From Candidatus Hydrogenedentota bacterium (GTDB taxonomy: Bacteria > Hydrogenedentota > Hydrogenedentia > Hydrogenedentales > SLHB01), in NCBI GenBank assembly GCA_034408725.1, contig JAWXCN010000182.1, positions 32,235 through 96,234 of the forward strand: a stretch of DNA of 64,000 nt, written 5' to 3'. Below the pieces are notes generated by a model, which did no database searches, was not told where the DNA came from, and saw only the letters and a list, made by a program, of their open reading frames with translations. This document shows, piece by piece, positions 1-8,043 of this stretch. Within the stretch, counting starts at the first letter, position 1, and every line of letters starts with the position of its first letter. The position numbers and the translations under genes are program-made.

Positions 1-2298
1 CAATGCTGCCGCGGGTTCGATGAGATGTTCGAGCACGTCTCCGAATACGACGCAATCGAAATATGCGTCGTCCCACGGCAGTTCCATATTTTCGATGCTG
101 CCGTAAATCGCATGATCGAGGTGTTGCTTTGCAATGGTAAATGCGCGTTCAACGACTTCGATGCCGCATACCTCGCGCGCGCCACGGTGCTTGAGGGCTA
201 GCCCGAATTCGCCGCCGCCACACCCGCAATCCAGAATACGTTGCGCCCGCAACGGGACGTGGGCCTGCAACTCGGGCCGCGGCGACCGGTAGTATCCACC
301 GCGATTGAAGCGTGATTCGCCGATCAATCCCCCGAGCGCGCCGATCGATTCCATAACCATCAGCGTTATTCTACGCGCGCGTTCCCGATACGTGTGTTCG
401 CGCAACACGAGGGATTTTCCCGCGGTGGCAATGCGTTCGCGGGCGGCATTATCAGCCAGATACTGTTCGATTCGGCAGAGCAAATCCGTGTCATTCCGGT
501 AGACCACCAAATGCTTGCTATCGACGAACAGGTCTTCCAATCCATCGGCCTCATCCGTGATCAGCAACGCGCCAGACGCCATAGCTTCGAATACCCGCAT
601 ATTGATATCGCGCGCAGCGCTGATATTCACGACGATTTTGGCTTGTGCATATATGCGGGCCATTTCTTCCGGCCAGTACTTGCCGAACACGACGTTTGGG
701 AATCGTTCGCGCACAGCATCCAGCAATCGTTTTCGGCGGTCGTTTGGATCATTTGGAATGCTTCCCACGAAAGCAACGTCATAGATGCGATCCATGGGGC
801 CAACGTTGTGGAGGCCCGGTGAACAGCCCAGCGGCATCCATGCGACGTTCGGTACGCCAGCGCGGACGAAGTCGTCAAGCCGGGATTTCTGCGCCAGAAA
901 CGTGAAGTTAAACCGGCGGGTCATGGCGAGGCGCTGATCAAAGGCGCAGTGCGTATCAATGACATAGGCGACCCGCGGAATCGATACTAATTCGAGGTCC
1001 GGCGGAATATCGTCTACACCGGAATCGACCCACAGATACAGCGACGGATCGAATCCGGTTGGGAGCGAGGCGAAGACGTCGGATACTGGCCCATCGATTT
1101 CGCGAGGAAAATCGTGGACATGCTGAACAGGCGGAGGCCCGTCGAATCCCCAATCCCGGACCAACGCATCAGGCACGCGCGCGCCAGTGGTCAGTACGTT
1201 CTGGTCCTCGCGTAGCGCGCGCTCGAAATAGCGGGCTGTGCTGAATGGCGAGGAACAATATTCCAGCACGACATTCAGGCGCGGTATGACTTCGAGGTCC
1301 TGTTTTCGATGCGTGGGCCGGCCGTTGTGGCGTTCAATGGCCTGCTCGATTGTTGTGCGCCACTTTTCGACGAACGCATCCATTGGAAAATGCGACGCAA
1401 CAGTTTCGCGGCCACGAGCGCCGATGGTTCGCGCGAGGTCGCGGTCTTCCAATAGCGACCGAATCCGCGTGCGGAGCACGTCCGGATCACGTGATGTGAA
1501 TCCGTCAGTGCCATCGGTAATAGGCGAGGTGGCGTTCGCCAATGAAACCACCGGCATTCCACAGGCCATCGCTTCGAGCATGGCGAGGTTGTATCCGTCC
1601 TCGAAGGCTTCGCGGGTCACGTGCAGCAGACATCGCAAACTCCGGTAACACCCGAGCAAGTCTTCAAAGTCGCGTGACGGGCGCGCATTGGGCATCGCGC
1701 CATCCTCGCCGACGATACGATTGGGAAAATCGGCGCAAACCTTTTCCTGAAAATCAACGTCAAACATAAGGTCGCGTGTTCGCATCGCATTGCCTACGCG
1801 CAAGACTTCCTTTGTGTCGCCCGTGTACCCGCCATATGCATCGGCGTCGATTCCGGGAGGGATAACGGCGCCATCCAAACCGTAGTCACGCCGTTTCGAT
1901 TCGGAAATGAAAACGAACGAAAACTTTTCCCGCAACCGCGCCAGCAATTTTTCGTATGCCAGTTTTCCCTGTTCTTGATCGCCCGACACGGTAGTTTCGA
2001 GGAAGGTGCGCCTGTTGTGGCAGACCAAGATGCAGGGCACTTGTGCATCGATAATGTTGGCGGCGTTCATTTCATTGTGAGCGATCACGACATCGTATTT
2101 GCTGGCTCGCAGATCCTGCCGCCAGATTGTTTCTTCGGCAAATGCAATATTGGGAGGAATCGGCCGGAATTTGGTTTGCCAGGCCCGCGCGTAGGGCGGT
2201 TTTTCGTACAAACCGACGGTGATGCGAAGGCCTGCCTTCGCCATCAGACAGAGGTAGGGTTCGTGAAAGTTGAATGTGAGAACGTGCGGACTGGTCAT
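1..2298 (-). CDS. Multidomain glycosyltransferase fused to a C-terminal class I SAM methyltransferase. It has a GT4-like domain and a second CgeB/DUF3880-like GT1 domain. The ATG start is at 2296-2298 and the ORF runs off the left window edge.
   Basis: Read by eye on the minus strand: MTSPHVLTFNFHEPYLCLMAKAGLRITVGLYEKPPYARAW ... NLAMLEAMACGMPVVS (GT1/GT4 C-terminal motif) ... PREIDGPVSDVFASLPTGFDPSLYLWVDSGVDDIPPDLELVSIPRVAYVIDTHCAFDQRLAMTRRFNF ... VFEAMASGALLITDEADG (second GT1-type motif, CgeB-like) ... RILDCGCGGGEFGLALKHRGAREVCGIEVVERAF (SAM-binding motif I) ... DCVVFGDVLEHL. The frame stays continuous from 2298 to position 1. Only short shadow ORFs are listed on either strand for 1-2300, consistent with an edge-running ORF left out of the track. 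Confidence 0.6.
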   Translation of the reverse strand, partial: MTSPHVLTFNFHEPYLCLMAKAGLRITVGLYEKPPYARAWQTKFRPIPPNIAFAEETIWRQDLRASKYDVVIAHNEMNAANIIDAQVPCILVCHNRRTFLETTVSGDQEQGKLAYEKLLARLREKFSFVFISESKRRDYGLDGAVIPPGIDADAYGGYTGDTKEVLRVGNAMRTRDLMFDVDFQEKVCADFPNRIVGEDGAMPNARPSRDFEDLLGCYRSLRCLLHVTREAFEDGYNLAMLEAMACGMPVVSLANATSPITDGTDGFTSRDPDVLRTRIRSLLEDRDLARTIGARGRETVASHFPMDAFVEKWRTTIEQAIERHNGRPTHRKQDLEVIPRLNVVLEYCSSPFSTARYFERALREDQNVLTTGARVPDALVRDWGFDGPPPVQHVHDFPREIDGPVSDVFASLPTGFDPSLYLWVDSGVDDIPPDLELVSIPRVAYVIDTHCAFDQRLAMTRRFNFTFLAQKSRLDDFVRAGVPNVAWMPLGCSPGLHNVGPMDRIYDVAFVGSIPNDPNDRRKRLLDAVRERFPNVVFGKYWPEEMARIYAQAKIVVNISAARDINMRVFEAMASGALLITDEADGLEDLFVDSKHLVVYRNDTDLLCRIEQYLADNAARERIATAGKSLVLREHTYRERARRITLMVMESIGALGGLIGESRFNRGGYYRSPRPELQAHVPLRAQRILDCGCGGGEFGLALKHRGAREVCGIEVVERAFTIAKQHLDHAIYGSIENMELPWDDAYFDCVVFGDVLEHLIEPAAAL

Positions 2299-2320
2299 TG
2301 CTTCGTCAGAACCGTCCGGC

Positions 2321-2941
2321 TTATTTCAAGCCTGCTTTTTCCCGCAAGAGCGACGCGATGCCCGCTTCATGTTCCGCGCGCGGCGCGAGTTCGTATTCCA
2401 GCAAATCGCCGAGCAGAATCAGGTCGCCCGATTCCAATGCTCCGGCTGCTTCGGAAAGAATCGTGTTCAACTCTTTGTGCGCCGCGGCAAGTGGCCGGCC
2501 ATTGTAGGGCATCGCGTCGATTTCGACACCCAGCGCGTGCGCGATCATTGCCTGCCTGCCCTTAACGTGCGACCAAATCCCCGCGAGTTGCTGGAAGGGC
2601 TCATATCCCGACTGCGGCTCTGCGCCCTGAAATACCCGCGCAAGCTCACGGCAGACGGTGGGCAATTCCGGCAATACCGATTCCATTTCCGCGAGCGCGT
2701 CTTTGACGAGCTGTGAGGTTTGCTGAGATTGAATATCAAGACACTGGACGGCGTCTATTGGTTTGCCTCCGAGCGCTTCTACCAACCGCGATGAATCAAT
2801 CGATTCGCCGTCCAACGAAACAGAAACAATAGAGCGATCCTGTTTTTGTAGCCATTCACTGACGGACGCCAGCGCGTCCATCACATCCGCCGGGGCAGTG
2901 GCCAACGCAAAATCCTTCTTACCGTCTACAACGACATCCAT
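2321..2941 (-). CDS. Hypothetical protein of 206 aa. It lies between csrA and the GT-GT-MT fusion in the same orientation, with a 22-nt gap before the fusion start.
   Basis: ORF track 2321..2941 (-). I recognise no motif. Operon position with fliW-csrA suggests a flagellar accessory role, but that is inference only. Confidence 0.45.
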   Translation of the reverse strand: MDVVVDGKKDFALATAPADVMDALASVSEWLQKQDRSIVSVSLDGESIDSSRLVEALGGKPIDAVQCLDIQSQQTSQLVKDALAEMESVLPELPTVCRELARVFQGAEPQSGYEPFQQLAGIWSHVKGRQAMIAHALGVEIDAMPYNGRPLAAAHKELNTILSEAAGALESGDLILLGDLLEYELAPRAEHEAGIASLLREKAGLK

Positions 2942-2977
2942 GTCATCGTCCCCTTTGCCGCGTCTTGAGTCTGCACA

Positions 2978-3199
2978 TTACGAAATAAAGAAACGTGAAA
3001 TATCTTCGACCTGCACAGGCGCCGCGGCTTGCGCGTTTTCCGCTTGTATGGCCTCGTATATTTCCTGCCGGTGAACTGCAACGGATTTCGGCGCCACGAT
3101 CCCTATTTTCACCTGGTGTTCTTTCAGATCGAGGACTTTCACAACGATGTCGTCTCCGATCATGATGCTCTCGTCTTCTTTACGCGTGAGTACGAGCAT
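2978..3199 (-). CDS. csrA: Carbon storage regulator CsrA. The true start is at the internal MLVLTRK, not the track's extended start.
   Basis: [59 protein letters not shown] matches the CsrA consensus (MLILTRK..ESI.IGDDI...VL...G..V.IGI.AP..V.VHR.EIY). Confidence 0.85.
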   Translation of the reverse strand: MLVLTRKEDESIMIGDDIVVKVLDLKEHQVKIGIVAPKSVAVHRQEIYEAIQAENAQAAAPVQVEDISRFFIS

Positions 3200-3647
3200 G
3201 CGATGCCTCCGTCCCGGATTGTGCCCGCGCTTGCGCAAGATAGAATTGTATTGGGTATGTGCTGCGTTCGAGGATGCTTTGTTTTCCCAAGCGGTGTTTT
3301 TTGCAGATCAACACGGGTGCGCGCATGTTTGTGCGAATCTGGGCCGGATTGTGCGGCACGACGACGAGGGTGAAGATTAGCAGTTCCGAGGTAGAGGCCA
3401 CTGCCAGCTCCGCCAATTCCTGCGGGCGCAAATCAATTTCATACTCGGGCATGACCGTGCGCGGATCGATTAGAATGAACGCCAAATCACCTGAATCTGT
3501 CGATTGGAGCCAAGTCAATTGTTCGCTGGGTCCTGGCAACAGGATGTAGCGGCGAAATTCCTGGAATCCCAGGATAGGCTGCGTGAAAGTAATCACGTCA
3601 GCGGGAGCAATGGCCAGCTTTCCGAAGCGAGTAGTTTCGAGAATCAT
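3180..3647 (-). CDS. fliW: Flagellar assembly factor FliW, the CsrA antagonist. Probable start is [10 protein letters not shown]. It overlaps the csrA start by 20 nt.
   Basis: [49 protein letters not shown]... has the typical FliW N-terminus (M.I.T.RFG...I....II.F..GL.GFE..K.F.LL). The overlap with csrA is the canonical fliW-csrA arrangement. Confidence 0.8.
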   Translation of the reverse strand: MILETTRFGKLAIAPADVITFTQPILGFQEFRRYILLPGPSEQLTWLQSTDSGDLAFILIDPRTVMPEYEIDLRPQELAELAVASTSELLIFTLVVVPHNPAQIRTNMRAPVLICKKHRLGKQSILERSTYPIQFYLAQARAQSGTEASHARTHA

Positions 3648-3787
3648 CCACGGCCTTTCAGTTTGAGCACATCTCAATCAGTATGCACGAATTGATTTCA
3701 TACCGCAACATCTTGGGGTAGTCAGAAGAATTATTCGATGCGAACCTTGAAGGATAATATTTACGAATACTGTGTAAATTATAGATT

Positions 3788-6670
3788 ATGCTGTTGACAT
3801 TGCTTGTACCCTATGCTACATTCCCCGCCTTAAATCGCGGCTCTGAGTACCGATCCGTGCAATCCGTCGAAAAAAAATCCCCTGCGCCCGGCGCGGAGTA
3901 CAAAGACACGGTTTTGTTGCCCAATACCGCCTTCCCGATGAAGGCAAATTTGACGCAACGGGAACCGGAAATTCTTGCGCGTTGGGAAGCGATGAATTTG
4001 TACGCCCGCATGCGCGAGACGGCGGCGGGCCGCCGCAAGTTTGTACTTCACGATGGACCGCCGTATGCGAATGGGGAACTGCATTCGGGGCATGCACTCA
4101 ACAAGTTATTGAAAGACTTTGTCGTTAAATCCCGTCAGATGTCCGGCATGGACGCGCCGTATGTCCCCGGATGGGATTGTCACGGGTTGCCAATCGAGCA
4201 CAAGGTTGCCACGGATCTGGGCAGTAAGGCGAAAGCGATGTCGCAGGTGGAAATCCGCCAGCGTTGCCGCGCGTTCGCGCTTAAATATGTTGATATCCAC
4301 CGCAAGGATTTCAAGCGGCTTGGCGTTTCGGGAGAATGGGACAATCCTTATCTCACGCTGGATCGTGAGTACGTCGCGACCATTATCCGCGTCTTTGCGG
4401 AAATCTATGAGAGTGGCGCGGTCTACCGGGGCCTCAAGCCGATATATTGGTGTCCATCGTGCGAGACGGCGCTTGCGGAGGCCGAAGTGGAATATGCGGA
4501 CAAGACCTCGCCCTCAATCTATGTAAAGTTCAAGGCCGAATCTCCCGTTCCGGGAGTGAATGGCGACGTCTATTTCGTGATATGGACGACGACGCCTTGG
4601 ACATTGCCCGCCAATCTCGCGGTGAGCGTTCACGCGGATTATGATTACAGCGCGATCAAAGTGGGGGAGGAGACGTACATAATGTCGTCATTCCTCGCAC
4701 CCGCGGCGCTGGAAGCCTGCGGCATTACGGATTATAAAACCGTCGCGAAATTTACGGGCAAGGACCTCGAAAACCTTACGTACCGTCACGTGATTTTTCC
4801 AGAAAAAATATGTCCCGTGCTTCTTGGCGAGCACGTGACGCTCGAGGCCGGCACGGGGTGTGTCCACACCGCGCCCGGTCATGGTCACGAAGACTATGTT
4901 GTTGGCAACAAATATGGAATCGCGCCGTTTTCCCCTGTCAACAAAAGCGGCGTATTTACCGCGGAAGCAGGTTCCTATTCGGGACAGCATGTATTTAAGG
5001 CCAATCAACAAATTGTCGCCGATTTGAAGTCAGGCGGCGCGTTGCTGGCGCATCATCCGTACCAGCACAGCTATCCCCACTGCTGGCGGTGCAGCGGTCC
5101 CGTTATTTACCGCGCGACACCGCAATGGTTCATCAACATGGACCACGATGGACTGCGAACGAAGGTGCTCGCGGGCATCAATCAAGTCCAATGGATTCCC
5201 GAGTGGGGCAAAGAGCGCATTTACGGCATGGTCTCCCAACGACCCGACTGGTGCATCAGCCGGCAACGGGCGTGGGGCGTTCCGATTCCTGTTTTCTATG
5301 GCAAGGAAAGCGGAGAAGTGTACGCGACGCCGGAATCGTTCAAGCGTATTGAAGAGCTTGCGCTTTCGGCGGGTGACGGCATTGATCGGTGGTTCGATTC
5401 GCCGACCGAGGCATTGCTGCCTCCTGGCGCGAAATGCACGGTGTCCGGCGAAACAGAATTCGTTCACGAGAAAGACATTCTCGACGTTTGGTTTGATTCG
5501 GGGACGAGTCATAGGGCGGTATGCGAGCTGCGACCCGGCCTTGCGTGGCCGGCGGATTTATATCTCGAAGGCAGTGATCAACACCGGGGCTGGTTTCAAT
5601 CCTCATTGATTCCCGCTGTCGCGGTGAAGGGCGCGCCGCCATATCGCGCGGTGTTGACGCACGGGTATGTGGTCGATGCGGATGGCAGGGCCATGTCGAA
5701 GAAGCTGGGCAACTATATTACGCTCCCGGATCTTTTGAAAAAGTACGGCGCGGATATTGTCCGGCTCTGGGTTGCAAGCGAGAACTACCGGCAAGACGTG
5801 CGTATCTCGGATGAAATCCTCACGCGCCAGCAGGACTCGTATCGCAAGTTCCGAAATACGATCCGGCACATGCTCGGCAACGTATCGGATTTTGGGCCGA
5901 CCGATGCCGTGGCGTATGCCGATTTATGGGACATCGACCGTTGGGCGTTGCACCGGATGCAACTGTTGAAGGAGCGGGTTCTGAAAGCGTATGCGGACTA
6001 CGAGTTCCATATTGTTTATCATTCCCTGCATAATTTTTGCACGATCGAGATCAGCTCGATCTATCTGGATGTTCTGAAGGACCGGTTGTACACATTTGCA
6101 ACGGACTCGAAACCGCGTCGCGCGGCACAGACGGTCATCTCCGAACTGCTTACCGATTTGTTGCAACTTCTCGCGCCGATTCTGGTTTACACGGCAGACG
6201 AAGCGTGGGGGTATCTACCGGATCACCTGCGGACAGCGCAGAGCGTCCATTTGACCGCGTTTCCCGCGGTGAAAGCGGACTATGTTTTTCCGGCCGAAAC
6301 GGCCGGTGATTGGGATGCGCTTCTGCGCATCCGCGCGGTCGCCTCGAAGCAACTCGAGGACGCGCGGCGCGCCGAGATGATTGGCTCTTCGCTACAGGCG
6401 TCGCTTCGCATTACGCCTCTGAACGCCGAGGCGGAGCAGGTACTCGCGAAGTATGAGGGCCTGCTATATGACCTGATGATCGTGTCTCATGTAGTAATTA
6501 TGCCGGTGTCCGCCGACGTTAGCGGCGCCGATGAACCGGTGGTGGTGACCGTCGCGCCAGCGCCCGGGAAAAAATGTACCCGGTGCTGGCACATCCGCGA
6601 AACGGTCGGCTCGGTTTCGGGCCATCCACTACTGTGCCATGTCTGCGCAGAACAATTGGGAGTTGGTTGA
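3788..6670 (+). CDS. ileS: Isoleucyl-tRNA synthetase. The track start at 3788 is probably over-extended; an in-frame GTG at 3857 follows the promoter.
   Basis: EYKDTVLLPNTAFPMKANLTQREPEIL is the typical IleS N-terminus. Class I HIGH region HSGHALNK, KMSKS motif AMSKKLGN, C-terminal zinc finger CTRCWHIRE...CHVC. Confidence 0.9.
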   Translation: MLLTLLVPYATFPALNRGSEYRSVQSVEKKSPAPGAEYKDTVLLPNTAFPMKANLTQREPEILARWEAMNLYARMRETAAGRRKFVLHDGPPYANGELHSGHALNKLLKDFVVKSRQMSGMDAPYVPGWDCHGLPIEHKVATDLGSKAKAMSQVEIRQRCRAFALKYVDIHRKDFKRLGVSGEWDNPYLTLDREYVATIIRVFAEIYESGAVYRGLKPIYWCPSCETALAEAEVEYADKTSPSIYVKFKAESPVPGVNGDVYFVIWTTTPWTLPANLAVSVHADYDYSAIKVGEETYIMSSFLAPAALEACGITDYKTVAKFTGKDLENLTYRHVIFPEKICPVLLGEHVTLEAGTGCVHTAPGHGHEDYVVGNKYGIAPFSPVNKSGVFTAEAGSYSGQHVFKANQQIVADLKSGGALLAHHPYQHSYPHCWRCSGPVIYRATPQWFINMDHDGLRTKVLAGINQVQWIPEWGKERIYGMVSQRPDWCISRQRAWGVPIPVFYGKESGEVYATPESFKRIEELALSAGDGIDRWFDSPTEALLPPGAKCTVSGETEFVHEKDILDVWFDSGTSHRAVCELRPGLAWPADLYLEGSDQHRGWFQSSLIPAVAVKGAPPYRAVLTHGYVVDADGRAMSKKLGNYITLPDLLKKYGADIVRLWVASENYRQDVRISDEILTRQQDSYRKFRNTIRHMLGNVSDFGPTDAVAYADLWDIDRWALHRMQLLKERVLKAYADYEFHIVYHSLHNFCTIEISSIYLDVLKDRLYTFATDSKPRRAAQTVISELLTDLLQLLAPILVYTADEAWGYLPDHLRTAQSVHLTAFPAVKADYVFPAETAGDWDALLRIRAVASKQLEDARRAEMIGSSLQASLRITPLNAEAEQVLAKYEGLLYDLMIVSHVVIMPVSADVSGADEPVVVTVAPAPGKKCTRCWHIRETVGSVSGHPLLCHVCAEQLGVG
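3794..3828 (+). promoter_or_regulatory. Sigma70-like promoter, TTGACA - 17 nt - TACATT. It lies inside the 5' end of the track's ileS ORF.
   Basis: Seen directly: ttgacattgcttgtaccctatgctacattcc. The -35 is a consensus TTGACA and the -10 is TACATT. Its position implies the ileS start codon is downstream. Confidence 0.35.
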
Positions 6671-6673
6671 GCG

Positions 6674-7042
6674 ATGAACAAGAAGGACGCGAAGAAATAC
6701 GAGAAGCTGCTGCTCGACGAGCGCGATCGCTTGAGCACGGGCATCAAGCGACTCGAGGAAGAAACGTTGTACCAGCCTTCCACCGATCAAACCGCGGACA
6801 TCGCGAGTTATGCAGAGGTGGGTACCGATAATTTTGAACGGGAAACCGCGCTGAGCATTGCAAGTGGCGAGGCGGTGCGCCTTCGAGATGTAGCCGATGC
6901 GCTGGAACGGATTAAGGAAGGCGCGTTCGGCGACTGCGAAGGTTGCCAGAAACCAATCAACCCGAAACGGCTTGAGGTCTTTCCATCGGCCCGTTACTGC
7001 ATCGAGTGCCAATCCAAGATCGAAAAGCACGGCTCGCTGTAA
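6674..7042 (+). CDS. DksA/TraR-family C4 zinc-finger protein.
   Basis: C-terminus CEGCQKPINPKRLEVFPSARYCIECQ has CxxC-N17-CxxC. The N-terminal coiled-coil region is acidic. It sits 3 nt after the ileS stop. Confidence 0.7.
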   Translation: MNKKDAKKYEKLLLDERDRLSTGIKRLEEETLYQPSTDQTADIASYAEVGTDNFERETALSIASGEAVRLRDVADALERIKEGAFGDCEGCQKPINPKRLEVFPSARYCIECQSKIEKHGSL

Positions 7043-7051
7043 GCAAGACTG

Positions 7052-7918
7052 ATGCATCCAGTTTTACTGAATCTCGGACCGCTACCACTCCACTCCTATG
7101 GGTTGATGCTTGCGCTCGGTTTTTTGATCGGATTGTTTTTCGCCCGCAGGGAGGCCCCAAAATTTGGGCTTAACCCGGATAACCTTTCCGACGCGGCGTT
7201 TTGGTTGCTCTTACTGTGCATCGCGGGAACGCGCCTGCTGTTCATTATCATGTTTCCCGAAGATTTCTCGTGGCGAAATCCCGTTGGATGGTTCGCAATC
7301 TGGCAGGGAGGACTGGTTTTTCAGGGTGCCATTCCGCCCGCAATCGTGTTTCTAATATGGTGGTGCCGGCGGCATAAGCTGGGTTTCTGGAATGTCGCCG
7401 ACCTTGCCGTTCCCTGGCTTGCGCTTGGACATAGCATTGGAAGATTAGGCTGTTTCCTCAATGGATGTTGTTATGGTGCGCGAACGGAACTATTTTGCGG
7501 CATGTCCTTTCCCCGCGTGCCCATGAATACGACCGAGATTGCGACGGGATCGCCAGTTTACATCGATCACGTTCGGCATTTCGGGTTGAACCCGACAATC
7601 GACCAGTGGTCATTTCATGTCCATCCAACCCAATTATATAGCAGCTTAGGTTTGCTTGGGCTCTGTTTATTATTAATTACACTAAGAAAGTATTGTCGTC
7701 CATTCCACGGTTCGACAGCCGCTTATTATTTCGTTTTTTACGGTATAGGCCGGTTTTTCATTGAAGAACTCCGTGCGGACCATAATCCGGTCCGTATATT
7801 TGGGTTGTCTGATCAGCAGGTCTTGTCCGTCGCGGCAAGTGTTATCGGGTTAGTGCTCTGGATCGTTTTGTACCAGATGAAAAAGCGGTACATGACTCGT
7901 AAGTCGGCTGCGAGCTAG
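7052..7918 (+). CDS. lgt: Prolipoprotein diacylglyceryl transferase Lgt.
   Basis: N-terminus HSYGLMLALGFLIG and the Lgt signature GHSIGRLGCFLNGCCYG. Multi-pass membrane protein. Confidence 0.85.
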   Translation: MHPVLLNLGPLPLHSYGLMLALGFLIGLFFARREAPKFGLNPDNLSDAAFWLLLLCIAGTRLLFIIMFPEDFSWRNPVGWFAIWQGGLVFQGAIPPAIVFLIWWCRRHKLGFWNVADLAVPWLALGHSIGRLGCFLNGCCYGARTELFCGMSFPRVPMNTTEIATGSPVYIDHVRHFGLNPTIDQWSFHVHPTQLYSSLGLLGLCLLLITLRKYCRPFHGSTAAYYFVFYGIGRFFIEELRADHNPVRIFGLSDQQVLSVAASVIGLVLWIVLYQMKKRYMTRKSAAS

Positions 7919-7974
7919 CGATTCGGTTTTTGCTGCCGGTGGATGCAGTCGTGCATTGACATTGATTGCAAATC

Positions 7975-7990
7975 TGTTTCATTTGAAACA
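7975..7990. promoter_or_regulatory. Perfect 7-2-7 palindrome TGTTTCA tt TGAAACA, a candidate operator between lgt and the sigma54 activator gene.
   Basis: Seen directly at 7975-7990, 54 nt upstream of the ATG at 8044. A TTGACA hexamer lies at 7957-7962. Confidence 0.3.
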
Positions 7991-8043
7991 CTTGATTTTC
8001 TGAACGGTCTCTGATACACTTTCCAACGCTTGGGGGAATCATC

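Noticed and set aside
394-2716. Plus- and minus-strand ORFs of 60-196 aa listed between 394 and 2716 (for example 394..822, 1238..1648, 1975..2565, 2270..2716).
   Set aside because: They are shadow ORFs in high-GC DNA that overlap the long minus-strand GT-GT-MT gene or the 206-aa gene. None shows family motifs.
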